From Monocercomonoides exilis PA203 (Eukaryota > Protista > Preaxostyla): 64,000 nt of DNA. This document shows positions 12,782 through 26,943 of the stretch, piece by piece; position 1 is the first letter of the stretch; every line of letters starts with the position of its first letter. Position numbers and translations under genes: made by a program. The DNA lies in NCBI GenBank assembly GCA_001643675.2, contig LSRY02000043.1, positions 805,232 through 869,231 on the forward strand, written 5' to 3'. The notes below the pieces were generated by a model, which did no database searches, had not been told where the DNA came from, and saw only the letters and a list, made by a program, of their open reading frames with translations.

Positions 12782-14860
12782 TCAGTGGTGCAGACAGAAG
12801 AACAGCGGCACAAAAAGGATCGAATGCAGCACAAACAGCGCTATCCAGTTCACAAATATCCAATTCAGAGGGAGGCAGCAGTCCGCAATTCTGCACACGA
12901 AAATAGCAGAAACACCAGTAATCGCAACAATATGAGCAAAAAGGAAAATAGAAAAGAAAAGAAGAAAAGAAAAGAAGAAACAGGTGCAAGAAGCAACATT
13001 TTAGAAACCATATGTAAAAAGAAAGCGAAAAAATAAACAGAAAAATATTAAACAAATGAAAATGATTGATCAAAGATTAAATTCCGAGCAATCAACAAAA
13101 GCATACGGCTTCAAGTTCACTGTGGTTGTCACATACGAATAGGCCAGCCCCAATCCAATCATCGTCCACCGCACAGCCTTTACTGGTATCGGTGCCAGTG
13201 CCTTTCGCCACAACAGCCACGATTTAAATTGCAAATGCAAATGGCATAAAATACACATTACAAAAAAAGGAAAATGAAGTTAAACGCAATGACAAACAAA
13301 TAGACGAGCAAAGATTCATGTGTCTCGCTCATTTTTCTCGCTCAAACAAGAAAACTGAAAGACAAATAAAAAGTGAAGGAAAAAAAACTTTCTTCATTCA
13401 TTCGCTCCCACTTCGGTTGCACAATTTCTCCTCTCTTCCTTTCCCTTCTCTCTCGCTCTTTTGCACACAAATTCTCTCCCATTCATACCAACGAAGCAAA
13501 CAGTGGCGTGAGCGAATATCCGTAAATCGCTTCGATCGTCATCAACAGCCTGAAAAATGGCAGCGCCTCAACCGACACAATGTTTGCACACCCCTGCTCA
13601 CACACGCACACACAAACACAAACACAAATAAAAATAAAAATAAAAAGGAATAGGAGAGATAAAAAATATTAGCCATTTGAAAAGATGTGCAATGAATGAG
13701 CAGAGGCACACACCTGTCCAATTTTTGTCTTCCGGAAAAAATGGCACAGCAGCCCCAGCCCCAGCGGCACAAGCACCATAAACCCATAAAACGCCCCAGC
13801 ACAGATCGTCAGCTGCACATCCCGCAAAAACATACACAAACAATACATGGCAAATGAAGTACAATACAAAATTCATCAAACTTCAATTAAAGAGAATAAA
13901 AAGAGATTTACCAAAAAACATGTTGCTCAGTCACCCCAAAAGCCTCCACCCCAACCACACACAAAGTTCCACGAAAACTGCTTCCCGCCGTCCTTCCCAA
14001 ACACTCCGTCCGCCCACAGCGCCACGTTCGAGAATATCCCCACGAACAATATCAGCGTCGTTGTGATCCACACTGGCCCGTATCTTCACCCAAACAGCAG
14101 CATTTCCATATTCATGCACCCCAAAAGTGTTGTCGTTTGTTGCATAAAAACAATGAAAGCAGAAGATGAAGAAGAAAGCGGTTTGAAGAGCGGGGATAAA
14201 AAAACAAATGATGAAGAAAAAATGAATTTTAAAAAAGGAGACAAAATCAAAACAAGAAATAGCAGACAAGTCAGGCTTTGTGATGGTTGCCTCGTTGTAC
14301 ACCAGCGGTCGGAAGCAGCACAGCCCCTTCGCAACTCGCCGCCACACATCCACCGTGTCCACATCGAAATAATACATCCAGAACTCCTTCTTCACCAGAC
14401 TCCTCACAGAGAAGTCCCGTTCCTTCGCCCCATCCACAATCATCCCGCTCTCATTGTCTGATGCAACTGGCTCGTTTGCACTTCCGCCTTCTCCTCCCGC
14501 TCCTCCAGTCTGCATCACGGGCTGCTCTGCTCCACCAAGCTCCATTTCTTGTGCGCTTGAGCTGCTCGCGCTGGTTGAAATCAATGGCTCTGAGGTCTGT
14601 TATAAATAGTTTTATTCACAAACGGGAAAAATGACAAACACTCTCGTAAAAGAAAAAAAGAAACAAAAACAAAAAAATAGCAGTGGTGACGATGACGCTC
14701 TCCATTCGTCAAAAGCAAAAACAAAAGAAATGAAGTGAAATATTTGGCAAACTTCTTCCATTTCAGCCTCTGTCCTCCCGCTGGCTTCGCCTTTCGGGCT
14801 ATTTGCCCCTCCAACGCTTTCTTCGAAAAATATCAGTGGCTTGTCATCACTGGTAGGCAT
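12782..14860 (-). CDS. Yip1-domain Golgi/ER membrane protein (YIPF1/2-like), multi-exon
   Basis: YYFDVDTVDVWRRV...KPDL splices (GT/AG) to YGPVWITTTLILF. Later exons carry hydrophobic helices and IYGYSL. The probable ATG is at 14860 (MPTSDDK). Confidence 0.85.
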
Positions 14861-15855
14861 TGCAAATGATGCAAAAAAAGAGAGAAACAATAAAATGTGG
14901 TAAAAGTCCACCTTGAGAATCATGGATCAAAGCATACTCATTTTGTGCCCCAGATTCTGCGAGTTGCACATCGGGCTGAGCAAATGCATTTGATATATCC
15001 CCTGTTTCTCCGTTAATCATAGATTATCGATTATTGATTTAAAAAAAGAAGTTATTTATTTGATGATCATAATTCATTTAGTGAGAAACTGAATTCTATG
15101 TAGCAAAAACAATTAATAAAGAAATAAAATTGCAAAGGTAGACAAGTGCATTGCTCATTGAGAGTCAAATATATCATGAAAGATTAAAACAAGTTTGAAA
15201 ATAAGTAAAAAAAAAATAACTTTGTTAGAAATATTAATAATAACAAATAAGGAAATAAACAACTCATAATGCAATGCAAAAATATGCACAAAGCATTAAG
15301 ATAAATCGTTTTTTTAAAATTCCTTTCAATTAAGGAGAAAAATAGGAAAATTTCGAAATAAACAGAAACAATAATTATATTCATCTTTGGATAACAAGAA
15401 TAGAAAGGGAAAATAATAAATGTTAAATCAAAATGAAGGAAACACAAAATTTTAACAACATTTTTTTTAAATAACTTTTTCAATAAACTTCTTTTATTTG
15501 ATTAAATTAAGAACTACGTTAAATGTTCAAAGGCGAAATATATCGAATGAAATAAATTGCAGCACTTCAAAAGCAATTCTATAAAAAATTCCACTCCTAA
15601 ATAAATAAAAACTGCTCGCTATACATATGAACTGGACGAAGCTTTGTTGACATAAATAAAGAAAAAGTTAATTCAACACCAAAAAACAGCTATCATCCAA
15701 CATATTTCAGACATTGCAACGACATTCAATGTTTTTTCGAATAAACAAGCATTAAAACCAATTCTGAAGGAAGAGTCAAAAATAAAATAAATACACAGAA
15801 CACAATGTATTTTCAGCTATTCTGAAATATCAGGAGAAAGAAAGATGGAAAGAAA

Positions 15856-15898
15856 GAAAGAGAAAGAGAAAGAGAAAGAGAAAGAGAAAGAGAAAGAG
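15856..15898. repeat. (AAAGAG)n microsatellite
   Basis: About 7 tandem hexamer units visible. Confidence 0.9.
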
Positions 15899-16265
15899 GT
15901 TAAAAAATAGAAAAAATAAAAGAAAAAGTAAAGAAATAAAGATTTGAAAGAAAAATAGCAAAATAAAGACAAGACAAATAAGAAAGGTCTGGTTGTGGAG
16001 CATTTCAGAAATAAAAACAAAAAAATTAATATTTTGGAATACAATATCAAAATAACAGGATAACTGAATTAAAGTGAACGATGTAATTATTATTAAAAAC
16101 CAAATTTTCAAATAAAAATTAAAAATAATTAATATTTTCAAAAAATCGAATAAAAAAAATAAAAATTAAAATAAAAATAAAATTTAAAATTTAAAAAACA
16201 AATAACGAAATAAAGAGAATCATCCACTCAGTTCAACCAACTTCTTTTCGATTGAATATTAATTT

Positions 16266-19200
16266 TTATTTCTCCTTTGGCGAAAAAGTGAGCAAAGGAA
16301 CCGTTTTGAACTGTTCGTAGCCAAAATCAGCTTCAGATGGGAGAATAGAAAATGAAGAATATGCCAATGAGTGGAGTGGGGGCGAAGAAGAAAACTGAAA
16401 AGACGCCAAATCAGAGTCTGCCATCTGAAGAGCAGCAGAACGAGGAGAAAGATCATCCCCTGCATTTGACAGGCTGCTGCCTGAAGTTGGAGAAGGAGCC
16501 ATCGGAGCATAAGACATTGCATCAGAATATGCCCTTGGCGATTGGAAATCGTCAGACAAAACAGGCTGAAGACCCGATGTTAAAGAAAGATGAGGAGAAA
16601 GATGAGGAGATAGAAGAGGAATTGCATTGTTTGTTGGGTGGGAATCAGAAGCAGACAGACGAGCAAGCGAAAAAAGCGAGTTGTCTGTTCTTGTTTGGCT
16701 GGAAAATTGAGCTGCATTTGAGTTGGGAAAGACAGAAGACGAAAAAGGACGAGCAGAAGGAGAGAAAGGATGAACATAGTTTGAAATAGAAGAAGAGAAT
16801 TCTTCTTCTTCATCTTTCTCTTTTTCTTTCTCTTTTTCTTTCTCTTCATCATCTTCTTCTGATGATGATGATGACAAATTCATTCCCAGTTGAATAGAAC
16901 CCGTTTGAGTGAAAGGCAATCGATAGTGTGCTTGCTGACAAGCAGGGTCATTCATTTGAGTGTCTCCAATTCCATTCAAACGAGGCGACTCTGCCAAAAG
17001 CATTTGAAGGAGAAGCTCTTGAGACTGAGAATTTGGATCAGAAAGCTCAGGCTCTGTTCCAAATGTTGTTTGAGAAAGTCTCTTGAAGATGCCCAGCTGC
17101 CTCGGAGAAAGAGAAGAAGAAGAAAATGAAGAAGAAGAAGATGATGATGAAGATGATTCGTCTTGTTCTTGTGAATCAAACATGTGTTGTTCATCGTCCA
17201 AAAGCTCTTCTTGTGTGTCCAAAACAGAAAAATACGCATTTTTGTCTTTGTTCTTTCTGCTTCTGCTTCTGTTCTTGTTAAACAGAGAAGACATCAACAT
17301 TGTTGGAAGAGGCGGCGAATGTGGATCTTTTGAATTGGTTGTCTTCTGAGCAGAGGAGGAAGAAGAAGAAGAAGAAGAAGAAGAAGAAGAAGAAGAATCC
17401 GATGAAGCATTAAAGCTTGAAGGCAGCGATGATGTTGCAAAATGAGCAGAAGTTTTGTCTGTTTCGTGGAAGGGAAGAGGTGTTGACTGAACAACTGATG
17501 AACTGAATTGTTGGTCATCTGATGGAATGTTTAATTGAATATTTGACTGAATGTTTGATGGAGCATTCGATGAAGGCGATGATGTTTCTTTCTGAGAATC
17601 TTCTGTTAATTCATCTTTTGGCTGTGACGATTGAATTTTTCTGTCTGAAGAGATATTTTCAGATGTGTCAGAAATGCTTTTTGAGGAAGAAGAAGGAAAA
17701 GGAGAAGAAAGATTTGCTTCAATTGATTGTGTTTCTGATTCAGTATGAACATTTTCCGATTCATTAAGAGTGTTTGGAGAAGAGTCAGATGAATTTTTCA
17801 ATGAAAGAGAAGATTGAAAAAGAGGCTTTTGATTCAAAGAAGACAATGAAGATGAGGAAGATGATGACAATTGAAGCAGAGGTGTTTTCTCAACAGGAAT
17901 CGAAGAAGAAGAAGAAGAAGATGATGATGATGATGAATTCTTTTGAGAATTGTTTGAAGTTGAATATTCTGTGTTCTTTTGAGAAGAATATACCATTTTT
18001 GCGTTTTGTTTATATTCTGCTTTGTTTGCATGTTGTTTTGGGTGAACATTATTAGAAGAAGATGAAGAGGAAGATGAAGGAACTGTTGATGAAAGTTGAG
18101 CATTTTGAGCAGCAGCAGAAGAAGAAGAAGAAGAAGAGTATTTGTGAGCAGTGAGAGAAGAATAGAAATTCTTCTTTTCTGAATTCTGCCTCTGATTTGC
18201 CTTGTTTTGTGGCTGAGTGTTTTGCTGGTTTCCTTTTGCCTTTTCAGAAACAGAGATGTTTGTGTTTGAAGATATTTGTATCTTCGATGAAGATGAAGAA
18301 GAAGGAGAAAATGAAGAAGAAGAAGAGGAAGAGGAAGAGGAAGGAGAGGAAGAAGAAGAAGAATGCACAAGTTGTTGAGTCTGTTGGCTCTCTTTCTTTG
18401 GCAGATAAACAAGTGCTTTTATTGCTTCTCTCCCTGTTTTTGTATTTGATGAGTCATTTTTCTTGAAAGAAGAAGAATTCGATGAAGAATTCGAAGAAGA
18501 AGAAGAAGAGAAAGAAGCAGCAAATGAAGCAGCAAAAGAAGCAAAATCAAATTTCTGATCTTTTTGCTCTTTTTGTTCTTTCTGTTTTTCCTTCGAGTTT
18601 TGTCTGGCAGGCATAATGGCAGGGAGTTCGACAGTGTTTGAATGGAGTGGCATTGTAAACTGGATAGGCTCATTTGACACGACAATTGATTTGTTCTTCG
18701 AATACAATGGAATGGGGACAATTTGACTGCCTTGCAAAGAGAGAGATGGATGGGCAGGGGAAACAGAAGGAGTTTTGAGGGTGAGGGTGATGGGGGAGTT
18801 TGATGGCTTCTTCATTGAAGAAGAAGAGGAAGAGGAAGAGGAAGAAGATAAAGAGGATGACAATGAAGAAGATGATGATGAAAGAGAAAGAGAAAGAGGA
18901 ATATTTCTTGAAGGAGAAAAGGGAAGATAGCCAGATGAAGAAGAATGGATAGGCATAAATTGAGTTGTTTGATCAGAAGGAACAAACTGAGGGGCTGTTG
19001 ATGAAAGAGAAGAAGAGAAAGAATTATAAGGAGGAGGTGGAGGAGGAAGGGCAGAAGAAGAAGAAGGAGAAGAAGAAGAAGAAACAGAAGAGTAATGCAA
19101 ATAAGAAGGATATTGAGACATTAATGGCATTGTTTGAGCAAAGCTGTTGAAATGCCCAGGAAGATTGCTCATGTTCTGTCCATTTTGTTGAATGGGCATA

Positions 19201-22200
19201 ATTTGCATCGGAATTGTTGTTCTTGAAAAATCACTTTGGAATTCAGAAGAAGAAGAAGGAAAAGAAGAAGAAGAGAAAGCGAAACTTCTTTGATTGCTTT
19301 GAAATTGATTGGATTGGGCTGTTGGAAGATAAAAAGATGAGCCAGAAGAAAAAGAAGGAATATTATTTGGATCAGAAGAAAAGGAAGAGGAAGAGGAGGA
19401 AGAGGAAGAAGAAGAAGATAAGTTTGCATTTGAAAGAGAAGCAGATGAAGAAGAAGGAGCAAATGCTGAATTTGTTGGCAATGTTGTTGTTTCATGTGGA
19501 GTCTGCTGTGATGTCACTGGATGTTCTTCCTTGAGAGAAGAGAAGGAGCCCTTTGGACTGTAATAGAAGGCAGCTGAAGAAGAGGAAGAAGAAGAAGAGA
19601 AGGAAGAAGAGGAAGAAGAGGGTGAAGAAGAAGAAGAGGAGGAGGAGGAAGATGAAGATTTCGGTGATGTTGTTTGTATGAGTGATTTATGTGGCAAAGT
19701 TGGAGTTGTCTTTTGAGGTGGAATGCAAAGTGAAGGCAACAAAACAGAAGCAGATAGAGAAGAAGATGAAGAAGATGAAGAAGATGATGATGAAGGAGAA
19801 GGAGAAGGAGAAGAGGAAGGAGAGGAATAAGAAGAAGGTGATGAAACATCTGAAGATAATTGTGTTGTTGCATTGCTGTTTTGATTTGAGTGTTGAATGG
19901 CAGAAGTTGGAAGAGGCAGAAGAGAATCTGTCTTCACTGGATGTGTATTCTGTTCATCAACTTCTCCATTTGTATTATTATTAACATCATTCTCCTTATT
20001 CTCCTTATTTTCCTTGTTAACATTGTTTGTGCTATTTTGAGGAGAAGAATAAGTTGACCAAGTTTTGTTTAGACGCATCTGTTTTGATGAAGATGAATTT
20101 GGAGTCGGAAGAAGGCCATTGCTTTTGGTTGTCTTTTGCATCTGAACATTTCCTCCTCTTCCGATTGCCATCTTCTCAATCATCTCCAAATGCTCTGTTA
20201 TTCCTTCTCTTTCTTTTATTTCTCTTTCTCTTTCTCTTTCTCCATTCTTCTTTTCTTCCTCCTTCTCTTCTCCTCTCTTTCCTCTTTTCTCTTTATCTGA
20301 AGAAGAAGAAGAAGAAGATCTTTTCTTGATAATCACCAAAAACACATCTCCGTTCTGAGAATTTGCGTGTCTGGCGATGTTTGCACAGCAGATGACGAAG
20401 AAGAAGGTGACATAATCAGAAGACAATTCAGAACAAGAAGGAGAAAGAAGAAGAGAACGAATGTTTGAAAGAACAGAAATGAGATAGGAATTGAAGAGGA
20501 ACATGTTTGGAGGAGGAGAAGAAGAGAGAGAGGAAGACAAAAGAGTGGTTAGTTCTGAAGAAGAAGAAGGAGTTGATGATGATGATGATGATGATGAGGG
20601 AGAAATAGAAGAAGAAAGAGGAGGAGGAGGAAAAGAAGAAGAAGAAGAAGAAGAAGGAATAAGAACCTGTTTGTTGATGCATCTGTATGCAATATAATCA
20701 GAAATATCTTGTTTTCTTGTGTTCTGATATTTTGCATTGTGTTTGTCTTTTTGTGTGTTTTGAGAGATGAAAAGATCAGCAAATGTTTGAGGGCTTTTTG
20801 CAGAGGCAGCAAAAAGAGAACAGAAAAGATGATCAACAGAAGACATTGGAGGAGGAGGAGAAGATGGAGAAGAAGAAGAAGATGATGATGATGATGAAAT
20901 AGGAGAAGAAAAAGAAGGAGAAGGATAAGGAGATTGAAAAGAGGGTGATGAAGAAGATGAAAGAGAAGGAGAAGAAGATTCTAAACTATCTGTTTTATTT
21001 GAAGAGCTGATTGAATGAGAAGAAAGATGAGAAGAAGGAGAAAGAGAGAAAGAAGAAAGAGAACAATCAGGAAAGTCCTGAACGATTATGTTGTCCGATT
21101 GAAGAAGAGAAATCAAAGGAGAATCTGAAGAAGAAAATGAAGAAGAAGAAGAAGAAGGCGTAGGAGAAGGAGAAGAAGAAGGTGATGAAGATGAAGACGA
21201 AGATGAAGTTTGTGAGGTTGAAGAGGCAGATGCAGAAGAAGAAGCAGAAGATGAATCCGATGATGATGTTGGAGATGAAGAAGAAGAAGAAGATGATGAT
21301 GATGATGAAGGAGAAGATGTTGGTGTTGTTATTTCTTTTGTATTTGCATCGTCAGAAGAAGATTTTGAAGAAAGAATGTTGCTCAAAAAAGCAGAAAACG
21401 GGAAAGAAGAGGAAGAAGAAGCAGAAGAAGAAAGAGAAGGATCAGAAGCAGTTGCATTGAGGAAGTTGAAGAGAAGGTTGAGGAAACATTCAGCAGAATT
21501 CTTGTTTTCGGGTGAAAGATGTTTGAATGAAAAAAGGAAAATCGAATGAAAAGCTAATTTTGCATCAGGAAAAGAAGAAGAGGAGGAGGAAGAGGAAGAC
21601 AAAAAAGAAAGATATTCGATTGAACGAGATGGAAACATCGAGTGAGAGTGAGAAGAGGAAGAGGAAGAGGAGGAGGTGGTGGAAGAGGTGAAAGAAAGTG
21701 AATGAGAAACGCCTGAATTGTCGATGAATGAAAACTGCTGTTGTTTTGTTCTTTCTTCGCATCTGCCATTTGGAGTGGATATGTTCAGATAGAGTGGATG
21801 AGAGGGAGGCGAATCTGTTGGCTGAGAAGGAGAAGGAGAAGAAGAGGAAGAGGAAGAGGGTGATGATAAAAGAGGGGAAGAAGAAGCAGAAGCAGAAGAA
21901 TTAGAAGTCTCCATTTCTTGTGTACTTGTTGTATTTCCTGTTTCATGATCATTCATCTGATTCATCTGAGTCATCTGAATGAGGCTGTTTGTGACTGAAA
22001 GAGGAAGAAGAGCATTCACTCTGTTTGGAAGATTGGCAAAGCTGCTGTTCAAAGAAGAGCCATTCGAAGGCGTCTTTTGCGTGTTGTTTGTATCTGTTGC
22101 GACTGAAATATAAACAGCATTCTCAAAAAGCTGCTCAAAAAATGATGATTTTCGGGGTTTGCTGAAGAAATCGCTGGAAACATTGGCAGTTTCGCTGAGT

Positions 22201-25200
22201 GGCTGAGATTTTGAATGCAAAAGATGAGAATTTGATTGAAGGCTCCATTTGAATGAGGAAGAAGGGGAAAAAGAGGAGGAAGAGGAGGAAGAGAGTGATG
22301 GAGAAGAAGAGGAAGACGAAGAAGAAGAAGATGACGATGATGATGATGATGATGATGATGAAGGAGAAGATGAAGATGAAGAAGATGAAGAAGAGAAGGA
22401 AGAAGATGCAATAGGCAAAGGAGAAGTCAACAAAGAGGCAGGAAATGTGATTGCTTTGCGTGTGGCTGACTGCATCGACAGATTCGATTTGCGGAGGAAT
22501 ATTTCATCTGCCTCACTTTTGTCAAGCAATGGAAGATGTGAAGCAGACAGAGAAGATGATAAGTCTTCTTCTTCTCTTTCTTTCTCTTCTCTTCTTTCTC
22601 TTTCGTTTTCTCTTTCTTCTCTTTCTTCTGCTTCTTTTTCTTTTTCTTTTTCTCTTTCGGATGATTCAAATTGATCAGAAGAATGTTGTTGATGTTGTTT
22701 TGCTTCATTCTTTTCTGTTTCAATCTCCTTTTTGCATTCATCTTGTTTGATCAACTCATTTTGTGTGGAAATGTCTCTTTTTGAAGATAATTGCTCGTTT
22801 TCATGTTGATCTTCAAGCGAAGAGGAAGAAGAAGAAGAAGAAGAAGAAGAAGAAGAAGAAGAAGAAGAAGAAGAAGAAGAAGAAGAAGAAGAAATAGAAG
22901 AAGAAGAAGAAGGTTTATGCGATGATTCAGAAGGTAATGCTTCTGATTCAATAGCAGAAAGCATAGAAGAAGAGGAGGAAGAAGAAAAAGATGAAGAAGA
23001 AGAAAGAGAAGGAGAATGTGAAAGCAAAGGCATAGTTGATGGAGCAGGCAATGCAGAATGAGAAGAAAGAGATGAATGATCTTGTTGTGAGTGAGTATTT
23101 ATGAGTGGAAAAGAAGAAATTTTTTCTTTGTTGCTAGAATCATCATTCTGATAGATCATAGGGGGAAAATAGAAGAAAAATGGAAAAGAAAAAAGAATGA
23201 AAAAAATATATAAAAAGTCAAACAGAATGAGCAATAAATAAAAGAATAAAAAATTCATTTTTTCATCTGATGAACAGCATTATCCATGAATATAAACAAA
23301 ATAATTGAAAGATGAAAAGAAAGAAATTTCAAAAAAAAAGTGGCATTTCTAATAACACACTTGATGAGTGTCATGAATAATCTCTGAGTTTTGAGAGATC
23401 GTTGGCAAATCAAAAACATCTTTTATTTCTGAAAATGTTGAAGGAAAATTCATGTCTTTCTTATTATCGATACCTTCTTTGATTTCTTCATCTTTTCTTT
23501 CTTTTTCTTCGATATTCTCATTCTTTTCATTCATTTCATTGTTTTCTTGATTTTCCTGTGAAGAAGTGATTGAAGAAGAGATGATTGATTCCATTTGAGG
23601 TGAAGAAAACTCTGATTCAGCAGACAAATCAGCAGAAAACGCTTTTTCTGAAGAAAAACCAAGTTGAAGAGAGAAAGAAGGAAGAGAAGAGAAAGAACTG
23701 TTAGAAATCTTGTTGAGCGAAGGAAGAGGAGATGTGAATGAAGAAGAAGAAGAAGAAGAAAAGTCATTCAAAAACTCCATTTCATTTGGAAATGAAGAAG
23801 AATGATTTGCAGAAGGAGCAGAAGATAAAGATAAATAGGAGTCAGATGAAAGAGATAAATCAGACAAGGAAGAAGAGGAAGAAGAGGAAGAAGAAGAGAC
23901 AGAAGAAGAAGAAGACGATGATGATAGCGATGATGATGATGATAAAGAAGAAGATGAAGAAGAAGGCAGATAATTTGAGGAATCCATTTGAGGATGACTT
24001 TCAGAAAGAACAGCAGAATCTTTTTGAATATCCAATGAATGAGACAATTGTGGTGACGAAGAGGAAGAAGAAGAAATGGAAGAAGAAGAAGAAGATGTTG
24101 ATGATGATGATGTCGTAAGCAATGATGAAGACAAAAAAGAAGAGGAGGAAGATGAATCAAAAGAAGACTGCGTAGAATTCGATAACAAAGTTGATGAAAA
24201 CAGATTTCCTTCCTTGTTTTCTGTGAAATAAGAAGGAAACAATTGAAAATGTTGTTGTTTAAAGTCTTCTTTCTGTTCGTTTGATTCGATTGGAATTTGA
24301 GAAGAATGATTTGTGTGCTGTTGATTGGAAGCAACTGACAAATCTGTTTGAATGTATTTCATTGGAGATGATGGTGAAGACGAGGAAGAAGAAGGAGGAG
24401 GAGGAAAAGGAGAAATAGAAGGAGGTGATAAGGATGGTGATGAAGACGATGAAGGAAATGGAGCAGGAGAAATAGAACCCGAAAAAGAAGGAGATGTTGA
24501 AGAAGAAAAAGGAGGAGAAGAAGGAGAAGAAGAAGAAGAAGGTGAAGAAGAAGAAGAAAGGAATCTATTTGTATGAGCATTCATCCTTGAAGTCAGAAAG
24601 CTCAAAGGCGGAGGCACAAAAGGTGTATGAGACAGGCAATGAGGCTGATGTTTGACTGAAAGTGCAGAAGAAAGGAGAGGAAGATCAAAAGAAGGAAACA
24701 GAGCTACTTTTCCGTCTGCCCATCCACATGCAATGTGAGGGAACTGAAATAGAGGCTCCCGAAAAGCTAAAAAGGGGAGAATAAATAAAATAAAATAAAA
24801 ATTGTTAAGAATAATACAAAAAAAGAAAATGTTGAAAACAAGGAGAGAAATAAATGTGATAGAAAAATGAACACATGAAATGAATATCATCAAATCATTT
24901 GGTTTCAAAAAATGTTGGAGAAAGACAGAACAAGAAGTCGAAAGCAAAGATATGTTCAAAAATGAATGTTTGAATAAACAAAAAATATGTTGAGGAAAGA
25001 TAATTTTAAAAAAAAGCAAACAAGGAGTTGAATGAATGGCAGAAGGGACAGAAACAGAATATGGCAAAACAGACAACGAAGTCAAAGGCGCTTTGCTTAC
25101 ATCTTCCAACAAAGACAGCAAATGAAACTGAAATGAAGAAGTAGGAAAAGGATAGGAAATATGTGAAATATCACAATTGAGGAATGAAATATATATTGAA

Positions 25201-26750
25201 TAAACAGCAAAAAAAGAGAAAGAAAATAAATAAATAAAAATAAATAAATATTTAAATTTTCAAAATGGTATTAAAAGAATAAATCATTGAGAAATCAAAC
25301 TCCACAATCAAAAATCTTCAGCACTCCATCGCTGCCGCCAATGATGATGAAATGAGAATGGATCAAAATTGAGTTAATGGAGAAAAGATGAAGCCTTTGG
25401 CAATGAGCGTCAGGTTGTTGATTATTCACAAGCAGAAATTATAAATTTTTCAATTTTTTATTTCAGAACGAATTCAAAAAAGAAAGGAAAAATGCAAAAT
25501 TTACTGAAATAAAAAAAAAGAGAGAGAGAAATTTTACCTAACAACGCTCACAGCTTTCCATTTAATACAATTCTGTTCAGAACACTTCTTCCATATGACA
25601 CAATGGCCAGAAGTTGTTCCTGACAAAGCCTAAAAAAATGACATCCAAGAATGATTATTTAAAAAGATGGTAGAAAAGTTAAAAAAATCATGAAAGATGA
25701 AGAGGAAAAAAGATATTATTAAAATTGCTTAATTATTTTTAAATGGAAGTTAAGAATACCATTTCACCATTACTGAAAAAAGACGACTGCGTGAACGGCC
25801 CATGACTTAATAGTGGCGATAAATCGTCTTCGATGCGCATCTCAGTCACCTGCAAATTGGATACATTTTGGGAGAAAAAATTTTCAAAAATTTGATGGAA
25901 AATGATTCAAGATTTGCTATTCTAACATAATCAAACCTGGTCATCCAACTGTTCCCAAAACAACACTCCTTCAGGACCTGTTGTCATAAAAATAGATGAA
26001 TTCGTTGGGTTGCAGCATATAAAGTCCTAAATTTTTGAAAAGAAATTTTGACAAGTTATCTGAACGGGGATGAACACTCTGAAAACCTGAGAAATATTCA
26101 GTAAAATCTTACATGTTAACAAAGCACGTTCACAAATTTCGTCGTTAAATTTAAAACAAAAGATGGTTTGGTCTTTTTGATTTTTTTCTCTTTCGGAAAG
26201 AGCATATAAAAAATGTGTTTCACAATCCACAGAAATAGATTTTATCTTTGAAGAAATGGGCGGATGAAAAGACGACGCAGCACTTCTGGAAGCAATGTTC
26301 CATTGGGTTATAAGTGGATTACTTCGATTCTCAACCGTCAAAAGGTATTTTCCTTTAAAAGCTTTAATCGACTTTAATTGTTCCTCCTTTAAAAGCAAAT
26401 ATTTATAAAGGTAAACATTTCACGAAAATAAAAAACAAATATCATTTCAACTGATAAAATAGCTAAGAGTTGCACACTTGGCAGAGTTGAAGTGTCTTTT
26501 TTGTTCTATTTATTTCATATAAAATAATTGATGATCCAGAAATGGTTGCAAGAATCTCATAACACAATAATTTTACATAATATAATTGCAAAATGATATT
26601 GATAAATAATTATGATAAATATCCTGCACACAATAACCCCATCCAATTCTAATAATTGAACCCCTTCATTTGAAATAATGTCGGTTTTAAGTGAAAAAGT
26701 GTATCCCTGTAAAAAGAATTTTTATGTTATGAAATACTATAAATGCTATT
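16266..26750 (-). CDS. Giant multi-exon protein: N-terminal WD40 propeller (CFAP251/WDR66-like) followed by ~2,700 aa of Ser-rich low-complexity sequence
   Basis: Small exons at 24700-26700 encode WD-like text (ALSGTTSGHCVIW, IIIGGSDGVLKIFD, LLEDVSKAPLTSLS, CGWADGKVALF). Large open exons at 23349-24770 and 16266-23160 are dominated by poly-Ser. Exon joins and the start are approximate. Confidence 0.6.
22826..22892. repeat. (GAA)n coding microsatellite (poly-Ser on the minus strand)
   Basis: More than 20 uninterrupted GAA units. Confidence 0.9.
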
Positions 26751-26943
26751 TTTATCAACCTTTTGAGGCGAGGGAAGGAGTGTCATAAAAATTGATCTTA
26801 TTCCATATAAAAATGAATTTTTTTTCATAATGCATTAAGTTTTTCTTTCTAGAGATTTGTTTTATCAATAAGTATGAATTTATCCTATAACAATTAATTT
26901 GTCAATTAATACATTAAGGTTAAGATCTAACACATTGCAAAAA

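Noticed and set aside
16352-24580. Many Lys/Glu/Leu-rich ORFs in other frames and on the plus strand
   Set aside because: These are shadows of (TCT/TCA)n poly-Ser coding repeats.
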